Below, one piece after another: positions 1-9,880 of a stretch of DNA of 64,000 nt. The notes beneath the pieces were generated by a model. The model saw nothing but the letters and a program-made list of their open reading frames with translations. It was not told the DNA's origin and did no database searches. Location of the stretch: sequence record PP695294.1, one strand, 5' to 3'. Made by a program: the position numbers and the translations under genes. Position 1 is the stretch's first letter; every line of letters starts with the position of its first letter.

Positions 1-234
1 GGACTTGATAGCCTGACGCCACATCTGCGGGTTCGGCATGTAATCCACCCAACGAGGGAATTCCATGACACGCGCAATGACGTTACGACGCAGACGAGAG
101 GCGTTAGTAACGAACTTGCCAACCTGTCCAACCGGGCCGTTTTGGCCCGAGGAGAACGCGTTGACCATATCGTACTGGCCGCCGTCGACGTGCAGACCCT
201 GATCAGGCAAAATGAGACGATCTTTGATTGCCAT
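1..234 (-). CDS. Tail tube protein, N-terminal 78 aa (runs off the window; not in the ORF track)
   Basis: ATG at 234-232 after GGAG, 4 nt past the sheath stop. Frame is open to position 1 (MAIKDRLILPDQGLHVDGGQYDMVNAF...). The tube gene follows the sheath gene in phiKZ-like phages (phiKZ gp30). Confidence 0.7.
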   Translation of the reverse strand, partial: MAIKDRLILPDQGLHVDGGQYDMVNAFSSGQNGPVGQVGKFVTNASRLRRNVIARVMEFPRWVDYMPNPQMWRQAIKS

Positions 235-237
235 CTA

Positions 238-2283
238 TTAGCTCTCCCGACGGTAAACTTTGATAGTGGTGTTGAACTGGGTGAGCAGCACACCGCCTTC
301 AGCGATCAGGTCCAGCGTCACAGAGTAACCATTGGATTTATCGTCTGCAGTGAAGTACGCCTTCGGAGTGACGACAGCAACGTTATCGAGACGGCCTTCC
401 AGACGTTCGATAATTTTGTTCTCAATCATCTTCGCACGTTCATCATCCGTCATGGCCGCTTCGCCAGACATGTCCGCCCATACACGGTCGGAAACACGAT
501 AGACGTAGGTCATCATGAAGTTGAACAGGGCGTTGTTCAGTACAGAACGATCTTCGCTGTAGATTGACTGAATCGCCGGAATGAACAAGCGATAGTAGTC
601 GTAGGAACGGGCAGTGATCAGCGACACATCCCAGTCAGACGCATACACTTCGTTGCCTTTCCACGGCATACTCAGGTCAGTCAGATCTTCGATAATCGTC
701 AGTTCGCCACGGCTGAAACGATAAGCCGGTTTTGCACGACCGTCGCCTGCACCCAGGTACTTCGAGAAGAAGTTCGCCAGGGAGTAGTTCATCGGAACAG
801 GCTTCTTGTAGGAAGAGTTCTTGATGAACGCCGATTGGCCGGTGACCATACCACGTGCAGCCGGAGTGCCGTAATAGGCAGATTCCGGTACCGCTGTGAT
901 CAATTCGATCAGGGCGATTTTTGCACTTTCTTCTGTCTGCTCATCGTTACGACCTTGGTTGTAAACGTGAGTCGCCAGCGTCAAGAAGGTGTTACGTGAA
1001 CGACCGATGAAGTTCACGAGCGCAGCTTTAGTATCGAAGCTAAAGCCAGAGTCCCAGAAACAACCCAGCGAGTATTTCAGCTCGTTGTCGTAACGGACTT
1101 TACCGCCATCCGGGAACAGCAGCATTTCACGGCGAACGAGTTCGTCGTAAACGTCGTTGTTCATGGTACCATCGCTACCACCTTGCAGGTAGTGGATGTT
1201 GGATGCGGAGAACACAACTTTACCGGTTTCAGTAGCCGGGTTTACCTGAAGACCATCGTAAGGCTGGCCCAGTAAATCATAGCCGCCAAAGATGTCAACC
1301 ATATACGGGTCAGCAGGCGCATCAGTTGTGATAGCGGCCTGAGCCAAGCCCAGTACAGTTTCCAGGTTCTCGCGATACAGATAGAACTGCTCGAAAGGAC
1401 CATAATCTGGCAGCTCGCCAATGTCAGGCATCGTCTGACGATATGCATCCGCAACAACAACTTCGAAGTCGAGTTGCGTTCTCATCGGCTGATAGTATGC
1501 ATCGGGCTTAAAGCTAAAATTGATGCTACTCATGCCAGTGAGAGTTTTCCACACTACCGGAGAAGTCACGCCTGCCAGGGTTTCGAACCATTGCAGGGTG
1601 TAAACACGACCACCGACTTCATTTTGATAGGAGGAGGTCAGAGCCGGGCTGGATTTCTCGCTGAGTGGGATCAGTTTGAAACCGAAACCGTTGACGTCAG
1701 CACCCGCATACGGGCCTGCGATATCGAACAACGGATACAGCTTCGATTTCGTGCCGCCTTCGCCAGTCATCGTCCCCTCGATAACCACACCTGCGCCGAT
1801 GGCCGGGGTAGTTTCGTCGATTACGACAGAACGGAAGACGATTACCAAACCGTCAACTTGTTCTTTGATCTTGGGCTTGCCCGAGTTGTCGTACTGAACG
1901 ATCCCGTTGCTGTCGCGTTCGTAGGACGGAACTTTCGTTTCGAGTACGTCGGCGAATACGCGAACACTTGCGGTTTTCGCATCTTCAGGGATCAAGCGCT
2001 GATACATACACTCGTTTGCGTTAGCGTTGAACATCGCCTGATAGGGCGTGTTGAACGTCGCGTAGGGGCCTCGCAAGTCAAAGACATTGCGACCAAGCAG
2101 AGACAGTGCATTATCCCCGGTTAACGGGAACGCCTCGTTGTCTACCCCGCGCGCGGCAAAGGTGAAGATCAGCGGCTTATGAATTGCGTCACCCGTAGGG
2201 GTACGCACAAGCTCGGGGACAGAGTTATCCTGCCAACCTTGCTTGTTATTCAACGGCGCGCCGTTTCGTGGAATAAAAGTCAT
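238..2283 (-). CDS. Contractile tail sheath protein (phiKZ gp29-like)
   Basis: 681 aa with a sheath-like C-terminal region (WDSGF..DTK..L.NF...R; IE.RL.GR). Divergent from the virion-terminase operon as in phiKZ-like phages. Confidence 0.82.
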   Translation of the reverse strand: MTFIPRNGAPLNNKQGWQDNSVPELVRTPTGDAIHKPLIFTFAARGVDNEAFPLTGDNALSLLGRNVFDLRGPYATFNTPYQAMFNANANECMYQRLIPEDAKTASVRVFADVLETKVPSYERDSNGIVQYDNSGKPKIKEQVDGLVIVFRSVVIDETTPAIGAGVVIEGTMTGEGGTKSKLYPLFDIAGPYAGADVNGFGFKLIPLSEKSSPALTSSYQNEVGGRVYTLQWFETLAGVTSPVVWKTLTGMSSINFSFKPDAYYQPMRTQLDFEVVVADAYRQTMPDIGELPDYGPFEQFYLYRENLETVLGLAQAAITTDAPADPYMVDIFGGYDLLGQPYDGLQVNPATETGKVVFSASNIHYLQGGSDGTMNNDVYDELVRREMLLFPDGGKVRYDNELKYSLGCFWDSGFSFDTKAALVNFIGRSRNTFLTLATHVYNQGRNDEQTEESAKIALIELITAVPESAYYGTPAARGMVTGQSAFIKNSSYKKPVPMNYSLANFFSKYLGAGDGRAKPAYRFSRGELTIIEDLTDLSMPWKGNEVYASDWDVSLITARSYDYYRLFIPAIQSIYSEDRSVLNNALFNFMMTYVYRVSDRVWADMSGEAAMTDDERAKMIENKIIERLEGRLDNVAVVTPKAYFTADDKSNGYSVTLDLIAEGGVLLTQFNTTIKVYRRES

Positions 2284-2320
2284 GGAACGTCTCCATATAT
2301 TCGTCTTAAAGACCTGATGG

Positions 2321-2339
2321 TCATACTAAGGATCATACT
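2321..2339 (-). promoter_or_regulatory. Tandem TATG late-promoter-like motifs ahead of the sheath gene
   Basis: Minus strand reads AGTATGATCCTTAGTATGA in the 57-nt divergent gap. TATG is the nvRNAP late promoter core in phiKZ. Confidence 0.45.
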
Positions 2340-2340
2340 C

Positions 2341-3246
2341 ATGGCACTCGAAAACGCTTACAGCGGTAATCCCTTTAATGCACTTGACCTTACTCGCACC
2401 AAGGCAGACCTGGAATTAGCCCGTAAACTTAACCAAACTGTCTCACAGTCCGATGAAGTTCATTACGTTGTTGAGACCGCTGATGTAAAACCGTTTCCTT
2501 TGCCGATTGTTATCGGCGACGACGTTTATGTATACGCAGCCACGTTTACCACGCTGGATAAGACCAACGAGCTAAAAATACGAAACCCAGTCGAACACGC
2601 ATTGCGTCTCGACCAGGCTCGCTGGGAATTGGTGTGGAAACGGAGTAATGGTAAGCTTGCTGCACTGATGGCACAGATGCCCTACCACCATGAGATTTTC
2701 AGCAAATGGGTGTCGGATGCGATTACCCACACGTTTGCACTTGCTCCATATCAAAGTGGGCAAATCAAAGCGTTGGCTGCATTGTTCTCTGTGGGACAGT
2801 TCTATAATCACGTCGAAGATGATGTGAAAGCTTTACGTTTGCAGCAGATGCTGGAGCAACAATTAGGCTTACCTGCGGAACTGTTTGAATCAGTGACAGG
2901 CCACACAGAATATCTTTTCCCGCGTAATATCGCAGAATTCGTCGAAATGGTGCAGGCTGCAGATATCACTCCGCGGGTGCGTGACCTGAGCATTCTGTCT
3001 CTGCAGCAGATGTTGAATACCAGCTTCTTCGGGGTGAGTTATGAAAAACAACTCGCTACTAGCGCCATCGAATATCCGCCTAGTCTCTTCGTTATGATTA
3101 AGGCTTGTCTGGATAATAACATGTTTAACCGCAGTCGGTTAGGTGGGATTGTGAAGAAGTCAGACACCGCTAAGAAACGCGATAAGTTTGAATTCACTTA
3201 CAACCTTCTGTTGAATCAAAACACCAAACCACTGAACATCAAGTAA
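2341..3246 (+). CDS. Conserved virion structural protein (start revised to 2341, 301 aa)
   Basis: AAGGA SD before ATG 2341. The track start at 2179 overlaps the sheath gene. Syntenic with phiKZ gp28. Confidence 0.65.
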   Translation: MALENAYSGNPFNALDLTRTKADLELARKLNQTVSQSDEVHYVVETADVKPFPLPIVIGDDVYVYAATFTTLDKTNELKIRNPVEHALRLDQARWELVWKRSNGKLAALMAQMPYHHEIFSKWVSDAITHTFALAPYQSGQIKALAALFSVGQFYNHVEDDVKALRLQQMLEQQLGLPAELFESVTGHTEYLFPRNIAEFVEMVQAADITPRVRDLSILSLQQMLNTSFFGVSYEKQLATSAIEYPPSLFVMIKACLDNNMFNRSRLGGIVKKSDTAKKRDKFEFTYNLLLNQNTKPLNIK

Positions 3247-3256
3247 GAGGCCCACT

Positions 3257-5770
3257 ATGGAGAACTGGCTGGTCGCTCACGCCGTTAAAAATGCGTGGCA
3301 GCGTCCGTACCTCGATGGGGTGTTGAACATTGCGCCTTTTCGATTAACTGAAAAGACCGGAGCGATCGGGTTTTTCAAGCACGGGCGTAATCCGATTCCT
3401 TTACCGGGCGAGGGGTGGTGGCACGCGTTTGTAATTGACAAGCTCCACCTCAACTACGGCAACTTGAGTATCCCTCCTGAGCGCTGGAAGAAACTTACTA
3501 CGTGTGTAAATAACTTCCATGCGTGGATGCAGGTGTACAACGAAGATGGGACAATTATCCCGTCGAACTCTGTGTATTTCTGGCGGACACTCTCTGGTCA
3601 GATTTACATGGCGATTCCGCAAACGGAACGCTACAAGTGGTTAGACGACACGCCGTGTTATCTGCGCATTTATGCTGGTAATGATGGCGGCGAAAACGCT
3701 CCTGTTGTTAAACCGACGTTCATCGAACCGTATAATCCGCCGAACCCACAACAGATCCAGATCGTCTTAGACCGTTATAATCTGTTGAAAGGCCAGAAAA
3801 TCGGCTATGTCGATTTCTGGGTAAACGGAAAGATGATTGCTGATCCTAAGCCCGCGGATATCAAAGCGTGGGACGATGTTGAAATCCGTGTCGATGGGCG
3901 TATTCGTCGTGTGATTGAATACCGTTGTGGGGATTTGCAAACGTTCTACTCAACGCTTGACCAAACACGAAAATACCTGCTGCACATTCCAAAAGGGGAT
4001 GGCATTTGGATTTTCAACAGCGATTGTGAAATTCAGTTGTTGTGGAAAGGCGAGGGACGTTACTACCATCGCCACCGCCATCTGGCCGTACGACAATTGA
4101 CGTGGAACGATCTATCGATTCCTTCGATGCGGATTTCGAAGTACCGCACCGCGTTCAACACCCCGATGAATGATATCGACGAACTAACGATTCGTTTATT
4201 GATACGCGACGATTTCCTTGACCTGAAGCCGCTGTATAATTCCACCCACACGCATGATCTCTATCGTCTTAGCGACGAGCAAATCATCGGTGCGATGGTG
4301 GGGGCAAACTCCAACGTACCAGAGTGGACCGCAGCAGCGCTCGAAGAATCGGCAGCGAATCGGTTAGCGGCGGCCAAACTCCGGAACATCACGCGCGATC
4401 TTTGCACTGATGCGTACGGCTACAACGCTGCTGCACGTTACAGCGCCGACACACCGCAGCGTCTGGAACTTACCTCTGGCGGTTATCGTGGTATTTTGCC
4501 TGACCTACTGGCAACATTGTCGACTGTATACGAATACGATGCCGATGGGTTGCTGTTAGAGCATCACCGTAATGCAGGCTACGATGTTTACATCCCTCGC
4601 AATCCGGAAGCACGAATCATTGAGGCAATTGCAGGTGAAGTCTCAGATGCGGTGAAGATTGTTGACAACGCTCCCGACTTTGAAATTGAGCCAGGTTCGA
4701 ACGTTGGACTGTGGATTCGAATGGTCATCGGGGAGGTTCCAACTAACGACTACTACAAAGCCGAGGAAGGAACGGATTATACCCGCGACGGAAATAAAAT
4801 CACCTGGACCGTAGATCGGACACGACGTCACCCGACAGTGATTTACGACGACTTCCATCTGTTCTTCGAAGTGGATGTTAAGGTGTCGGAAGGTCAGATA
4901 CGTATTCCGATTGTAGCACGTAACCAAGACGGGCAGCAGCGCACGCTGTGGCTACCGATGGAAACGGTTGAAGTGTGGTTGAACAACCACCCACTGGTGC
5001 ACGGTATCGATTACCACACCCGCTGGCCGGAAATTGTGGTGGTTTGTAAAGCATGGATGGCGGACGGGGATACAAATAAAATCTCAGTGCGTTGTCGTGG
5101 CGTGACCGGTGAACTCCGTATTCCTAAACACGGTTTCGTGTCAAGCGGACTGCTGTCTAATAACAGCCAGTTTGATTGCCGTGACGACAAAGTGATTCGT
5201 GTCGTGGGTGGTGGTTCACTGTTACTGCGTGACGAAGTCGTGTTCCGTGAAGACAACACTGTAGGTGTCGATATCGTACAAGACGGGTTCCCGTACTCAG
5301 TCGACGATCCGACTATTCCGTTACGGACGTTGGTAAGCGGCGATACTTACAAGTTGCGCGACACTGCCCGCGATTTGGACACACGCGTTGAGGCTTATTT
5401 GTCTAACTGGTTCCCAACACCACCGCCGGTTAACCCGGTACCGTTGCCGTATCTGTATCACCTCTATTCGCCAACCCTGAACAAGATCTTGTGGGACTAC
5501 TTACAAGGTATTCTGATTCTACGGGAAGACGATCCGGAGTATCGTATCTCGACGTCACAGCTGGATAACATCATGGAGCGTTATAAAGACCTCCTGCCGT
5601 TTGACCCGGCTTATATCGGTTACGATAAAGCGTTTGTGAAACTGCATCCGCATGTGAAGTACGAAACGGTAGAAATCAACGAACTTGGCTTTGCTTTCTT
5701 AGACCGCGTCAATGAACGTTATCTGAATGGCGAAGTGCAGCTTAATCAGTATCTGATAATCAAGGGTTAA
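3257..5770 (+). CDS. Large virion structural protein (tail/baseplate-associated, phiKZ gp27-like position)
   Basis: 837 aa, GAGG SD, tightly packed in the operon before the terminase. Confidence 0.6.
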   Translation: MENWLVAHAVKNAWQRPYLDGVLNIAPFRLTEKTGAIGFFKHGRNPIPLPGEGWWHAFVIDKLHLNYGNLSIPPERWKKLTTCVNNFHAWMQVYNEDGTIIPSNSVYFWRTLSGQIYMAIPQTERYKWLDDTPCYLRIYAGNDGGENAPVVKPTFIEPYNPPNPQQIQIVLDRYNLLKGQKIGYVDFWVNGKMIADPKPADIKAWDDVEIRVDGRIRRVIEYRCGDLQTFYSTLDQTRKYLLHIPKGDGIWIFNSDCEIQLLWKGEGRYYHRHRHLAVRQLTWNDLSIPSMRISKYRTAFNTPMNDIDELTIRLLIRDDFLDLKPLYNSTHTHDLYRLSDEQIIGAMVGANSNVPEWTAAALEESAANRLAAAKLRNITRDLCTDAYGYNAAARYSADTPQRLELTSGGYRGILPDLLATLSTVYEYDADGLLLEHHRNAGYDVYIPRNPEARIIEAIAGEVSDAVKIVDNAPDFEIEPGSNVGLWIRMVIGEVPTNDYYKAEEGTDYTRDGNKITWTVDRTRRHPTVIYDDFHLFFEVDVKVSEGQIRIPIVARNQDGQQRTLWLPMETVEVWLNNHPLVHGIDYHTRWPEIVVVCKAWMADGDTNKISVRCRGVTGELRIPKHGFVSSGLLSNNSQFDCRDDKVIRVVGGGSLLLRDEVVFREDNTVGVDIVQDGFPYSVDDPTIPLRTLVSGDTYKLRDTARDLDTRVEAYLSNWFPTPPPVNPVPLPYLYHLYSPTLNKILWDYLQGILILREDDPEYRISTSQLDNIMERYKDLLPFDPAYIGYDKAFVKLHPHVKYETVEINELGFAFLDRVNERYLNGEVQLNQYLIIKG

Positions 5771-5772
5771 TC

Positions 5773-7416
5773 ATGGCGAAGATTGCGTCCAAATTAATCG
5801 ACAAGGATCGCGGGTTCGAAGTCTGGGACCCGAGTGAATTGTACGAACCAAACAAACCAACAGGTTACGTACCTAACCCACGCGACCTCATCGTGAACGA
5901 CATGACCTCCGGCTTTGACCGTGTGGTTAGCGTGAACTATTCGGTACCGTCGTGGGAAACAGAACCGTTCGGTGGCGTTGGTGTGGCAAACCAAGACGGG
6001 CGTCTTAATGGTCACTACCCACTACGCTCTGACAGATATCGCGTCTACGTGGACAGCACCAAACTTCCACCGACGATGGTTATCGATGATGCCGTCACTT
6101 TCAACGGTCCCGATATCGACGGTGTGCGTATCCTGCGTGGGTCATCTGTAAACGATGATGCGGAAATCCTGTCTGGTTATTACAAAGACGGGGTTCTGAA
6201 AAAGAACTATCTGCCGGTGCAGACTATCAGTGCGGCTGACGCAGAAACCGTGGTGAAGCAAGCGATTCCTGGGAGCTGCCTGGCCGAAGTCAGTAACGGC
6301 GAAGAGTGTACTTTCCTGGTTTACTCTGACACCGGTAACGTTGTTCAGATCGCCCACGGTCACATCATCAAGACCAATCTGGTGATGGCGCAAGAGACTC
6401 CGTCTCGCACTGTGCTAGGTATTAAACTGGTTTCACCGTTCCTGGTAGACGACAATGGTACTACGCTAACGCTGCCGATTAACATCCCGCTGGAATCTAT
6501 TCCGCTGTGGTGTGACATCCAGTACAGCGACGGAACCAAACGCCTACCTATCGATGGTTCGCGTGTGAAGTTTAACGGTCTGCGTAACTCTGGTGCACAT
6601 GACACGTTTTACATCGCTTCAAATGCCGGTAATGAGTTACCTTGCCAGTTAAGCTATCAGTTGGCTCGCGGTGAAACCTACGGTGGTACTGACATTGTTA
6701 AAGATACAATTGTCAAAGACTACACCGCTGTAACCGAAACAGTCGATGGTGCTTATTCCATGAAGCTGTTTGTGGTTCCGCGTTGGTTGGATGCGAACCG
6801 TGGTTATCGTCTGTCGTTCCTGCTGTACAACCTGACACGCGGCCAAGTCTACGACGCGACCGCAAACATCCAGTACACCACAGGGACTACATTCGACCCA
6901 CTGTTGATGGGTGTGAAACAGCGTCTGAATGTGCAGGTGGATATCAGCAAAGTAAATCCACAATTCCGCGCATTCATCCAGGCGCAGTCTTTCGCCATCA
7001 CGTTAGTGAACCCAGGTAACGAGTTGAATACCAACTTCCTTATCGAATACCTGCCCGATGGGCTGGTCTACGGTAATGAAATTTGGGCGGAGTTCAAATA
7101 CTCTAACGTCAACTACTCCACGCTGAACCTTCGTTGTGGTTGTGCCTCTAAAGCCGAGTGGCTTAAAGCGTTGTACGAGCCGATTTATCCGCTCTACGAT
7201 CGTCGTAATGAATCTGAGGCTCCCGAGCCTACACACTTTGAGGTGCATGTCGGTGGTAAGGTTTACACCCACAGCATCGATGAGTGGTTAAATGAGCAAA
7301 CGGTAGATTATCGTATCGCTCTGGACGATTCGTTAGTTATTCGCTGGATTCGTCGCACTCCTACGGATACGCTTAACCTCGCGGCTACGCCAATGCTGGC
7401 GCACCACATCGAGTAA
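5773..7416 (+). CDS. Virion structural protein (phiKZ gp26-like position)
   Basis: 547-aa beta-rich ORF starting 2 nt after the previous stop; synteny. Confidence 0.6.
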   Translation: MAKIASKLIDKDRGFEVWDPSELYEPNKPTGYVPNPRDLIVNDMTSGFDRVVSVNYSVPSWETEPFGGVGVANQDGRLNGHYPLRSDRYRVYVDSTKLPPTMVIDDAVTFNGPDIDGVRILRGSSVNDDAEILSGYYKDGVLKKNYLPVQTISAADAETVVKQAIPGSCLAEVSNGEECTFLVYSDTGNVVQIAHGHIIKTNLVMAQETPSRTVLGIKLVSPFLVDDNGTTLTLPINIPLESIPLWCDIQYSDGTKRLPIDGSRVKFNGLRNSGAHDTFYIASNAGNELPCQLSYQLARGETYGGTDIVKDTIVKDYTAVTETVDGAYSMKLFVVPRWLDANRGYRLSFLLYNLTRGQVYDATANIQYTTGTTFDPLLMGVKQRLNVQVDISKVNPQFRAFIQAQSFAITLVNPGNELNTNFLIEYLPDGLVYGNEIWAEFKYSNVNYSTLNLRCGCASKAEWLKALYEPIYPLYDRRNESEAPEPTHFEVHVGGKVYTHSIDEWLNEQTVDYRIALDDSLVIRWIRRTPTDTLNLAATPMLAHHIE

Positions 7417-7424
7417 CAAACCTT

Positions 7425-7448
7425 CCTCCACCCCTTCGGGGGTGGAGG
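7425..7448 (+). other. 10-bp GC hairpin with cUUCGg loop and no U-tract, upstream of the terminase
   Basis: CCTCCACCCC-TTCG-GGGGTGGAGG, followed by TATGGAG and the terminase ATG. Confidence 0.7.
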
Positions 7449-7460
7449 TATGGAGATTGT

Positions 7461-9572
7461 ATGATACTGCGAAAAAACGATTGGCGACACTATCCGGGGG
7501 CGATTGTTGACGACGTCACACCAAACGTGCACTTCCTTCAATTCGCCACAACACTACAAGGATTAGGTGTCCAGCATTGGTACGTCCACCTGGCATTACA
7601 CAATCCCGAACTCCGTGGTGTTGATCCGTTTAGCCCGGATTTAACACTCGAACAAAAAGCGATGATTGTTACGGAGTGTGCGGAAAACCCATGGTACTTC
7701 TTCCGTGAATGTGTCCGTGTCCCTGCGGATGGTGTAAAGAACGGGATGCCGTTTCGTCTAGACCGCGGTAACTTTTCGATGTATTGGATTTTCTTCAACA
7801 ACATCGACGCCGCTATCGAGTTTCTCCGTCAGCATGGTAAAACTGTCGGGATGTCCGCATTGCTATTGTGGCTGATGCGCTTCCTGGAGAACTCACGTAC
7901 GATTCTTATCACGAAGGGTCCTGCCCTGCGTGAAGAAACTATCAACAAAATGAAACAACTGCGTAACGCGTTACCGGATTATCTCTGGCCACATCACCCG
8001 GACGATCCTGATAACCGTGAGACATTTGCATGTCTAGCGCAGGGTAACAAACTTATCACCGGCATCGGTCAAAACGATAAGGAAGCTGCGAACGGGGTAG
8101 GCCGTGGACTCACAGCCGGACGCCTGTTCTCGGATGAAGGACCGTTTACCAACAACATCCACCACATCCTCCCTGCTGCACTAGCATCGGGTACCGCGGC
8201 GCGTCGTATTAACGAAGCCGAAGGTGTTCCATACGGCAACGTCTTCGCAACAACGCCTGGGGATTTGGCGACAGAAGAAGGCGAGTACATGTACAGCCTG
8301 ATGACGTCGGGGATTTCGTGGGATGAACGGTATATCGACATTCCGACTCGTGCACAACTGATTGACATGATTCGCAAAGGCTCTACTGCGAAGATTCCAC
8401 GTATCATGTTCTACGTGAAATACAACCACCGCCAACTCGGTACCACGGACGAAGAACTCGCAGATATGATTGCGAACGCCCCAGGTACACCAGACCAAAT
8501 CCGCCGTGACTTCGGTGGTGAATGGACAACCGGTGGTTACAACAAACCGTTCTCAGGCGATGATGCAAGACGTATGAACGCCTCGCGTATTCGGGCAGCA
8601 CAGAAAATTATCTCTGCTTCCAACTACGTAACGGATTGGTATTACACCGAAGAACAGATGCTGGTTAAAATGCAAGACCGCCACATCATCGGTTTGGATA
8701 CTTCCGAAGCCGTGGGACGTGACGCCATTGCCATGTCAATCGTCAACTCTGTCACTGCCGAATATGCCGGCAAGCTCACCGTGAACGAAACAAACGTCAT
8801 CGGGTTTGCGATTCACTTAGCAGACTTCATGATCGAATATCCGAACACGGTACTCATTCTGGAACGACGGTCTACCGGCTCCTCGGTAGCAGATGCCATC
8901 ATACTGCAGCTGCAATCTAAGGTTCGCGATTTGCATCGTCGTTTGTACGTGAAAGTGACCCAGGATTACTCAAGGAACGATGAACTTTACAAAGAGTTCC
9001 ATCGTGGCCCTGTGGGCAGTCCAGAGCGCTTCTGGGACAAATTCCGTAAATACATCGGTTTCTCAACCGACCAGGATAAACGCCGTAAGTTGTATGGTGA
9101 AGTATTTACCACGGCGTTGCGTCTTTCTGCGGACTTACTGCGGTCAGGCGAATTGATCGACCAAATCCTCGGTCTCGTCGAACGAAACGGGCGCATAGAC
9201 CACCGTGCATCCGGTCACGATGACCTGGTAATATCCTGGCTTCTGGCAATGTGGTTACTTCTGTTCGGCAACAACTTAGGCCACTACGGTATAAGTAACA
9301 GCCGACTGATGATGCGCAACCGCAATATGCTCGGGGGCATGGCAGGTGAATTCGATGAAGAGGCTGCAGTCGAGGAAGAAGAAAAGCAACAACAACTGAT
9401 GGGGCAAATTGAAACGATGATTAGACAGAGTCAAGTTGTGGCCGACCCGGTACAACAGCTCATGTACAAGAATCGTATTCAAGCGCTCGTCTCTCAACTC
9501 AACACTGACGTTCGTAACGTCGCATCGATGGAAAGCTTGAAAGAGCTAATCCAACGACAGAGGATGAAGTGA
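7461..9572 (+). CDS. terL: Terminase large subunit
   Basis: 703 aa. Walker A-like RQHGKT, Walker B LFSDEG, RNase H-like nuclease IIGLDTS...GRD and HDDLVIS. Confidence 0.9.
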   Translation: MILRKNDWRHYPGAIVDDVTPNVHFLQFATTLQGLGVQHWYVHLALHNPELRGVDPFSPDLTLEQKAMIVTECAENPWYFFRECVRVPADGVKNGMPFRLDRGNFSMYWIFFNNIDAAIEFLRQHGKTVGMSALLLWLMRFLENSRTILITKGPALREETINKMKQLRNALPDYLWPHHPDDPDNRETFACLAQGNKLITGIGQNDKEAANGVGRGLTAGRLFSDEGPFTNNIHHILPAALASGTAARRINEAEGVPYGNVFATTPGDLATEEGEYMYSLMTSGISWDERYIDIPTRAQLIDMIRKGSTAKIPRIMFYVKYNHRQLGTTDEELADMIANAPGTPDQIRRDFGGEWTTGGYNKPFSGDDARRMNASRIRAAQKIISASNYVTDWYYTEEQMLVKMQDRHIIGLDTSEAVGRDAIAMSIVNSVTAEYAGKLTVNETNVIGFAIHLADFMIEYPNTVLILERRSTGSSVADAIILQLQSKVRDLHRRLYVKVTQDYSRNDELYKEFHRGPVGSPERFWDKFRKYIGFSTDQDKRRKLYGEVFTTALRLSADLLRSGELIDQILGLVERNGRIDHRASGHDDLVISWLLAMWLLLFGNNLGHYGISNSRLMMRNRNMLGGMAGEFDEEAAVEEEEKQQQLMGQIETMIRQSQVVADPVQQLMYKNRIQALVSQLNTDVRNVASMESLKELIQRQRMK

Positions 9573-9811
9573 TGACTCAACTCTACTATGCAATCGTGAT
9601 GGTAATGTGGATTTGTCTGTACTTTGGCTTACGCCACACCATCGAAGTAATACGCATCCACGCACAAAGCCACGATGTCTGCACACGCACAATGCGGCTC
9701 GGACAGATCACCTGTAGCTTTGGCGTATTGCTTATCGGTGGACTATCGACCGCGGGGCTACACGTTGTGTATACCCTACATCAAGTTGCCGTATCTGGAG
9801 CACTCGCCTGA
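9569..9811 (+). CDS. Small membrane protein with two predicted TM helices
   Basis: 80 aa, overlaps the terminase stop, two hydrophobic stretches. Confidence 0.5.
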   Translation: MMTQLYYAIVMVMWICLYFGLRHTIEVIRIHAQSHDVCTRTMRLGQITCSFGVLLIGGLSTAGLHVVYTLHQVAVSGALA

Positions 9812-9841
9812 ATCAACTTTAACTCGAAAAAATACGACGTA

Positions 9842-9880
9842 GCCACCTCTCCGAAACTGGAGAGGTGGCACTTTATTTTA
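9842..9880. terminator. Intrinsic terminator between convergent genes, probably bidirectional
   Basis: GCCACCTCTC/GAGAGGTGGC stem with a T-rich tail on the + strand. Confidence 0.75.

Noticed and set aside
9569-9811. Holin call for the two-TM protein
   Set aside because: No endolysin or spanin is adjacent and it lacks a charged C-terminal tail; kept as an unknown membrane protein.
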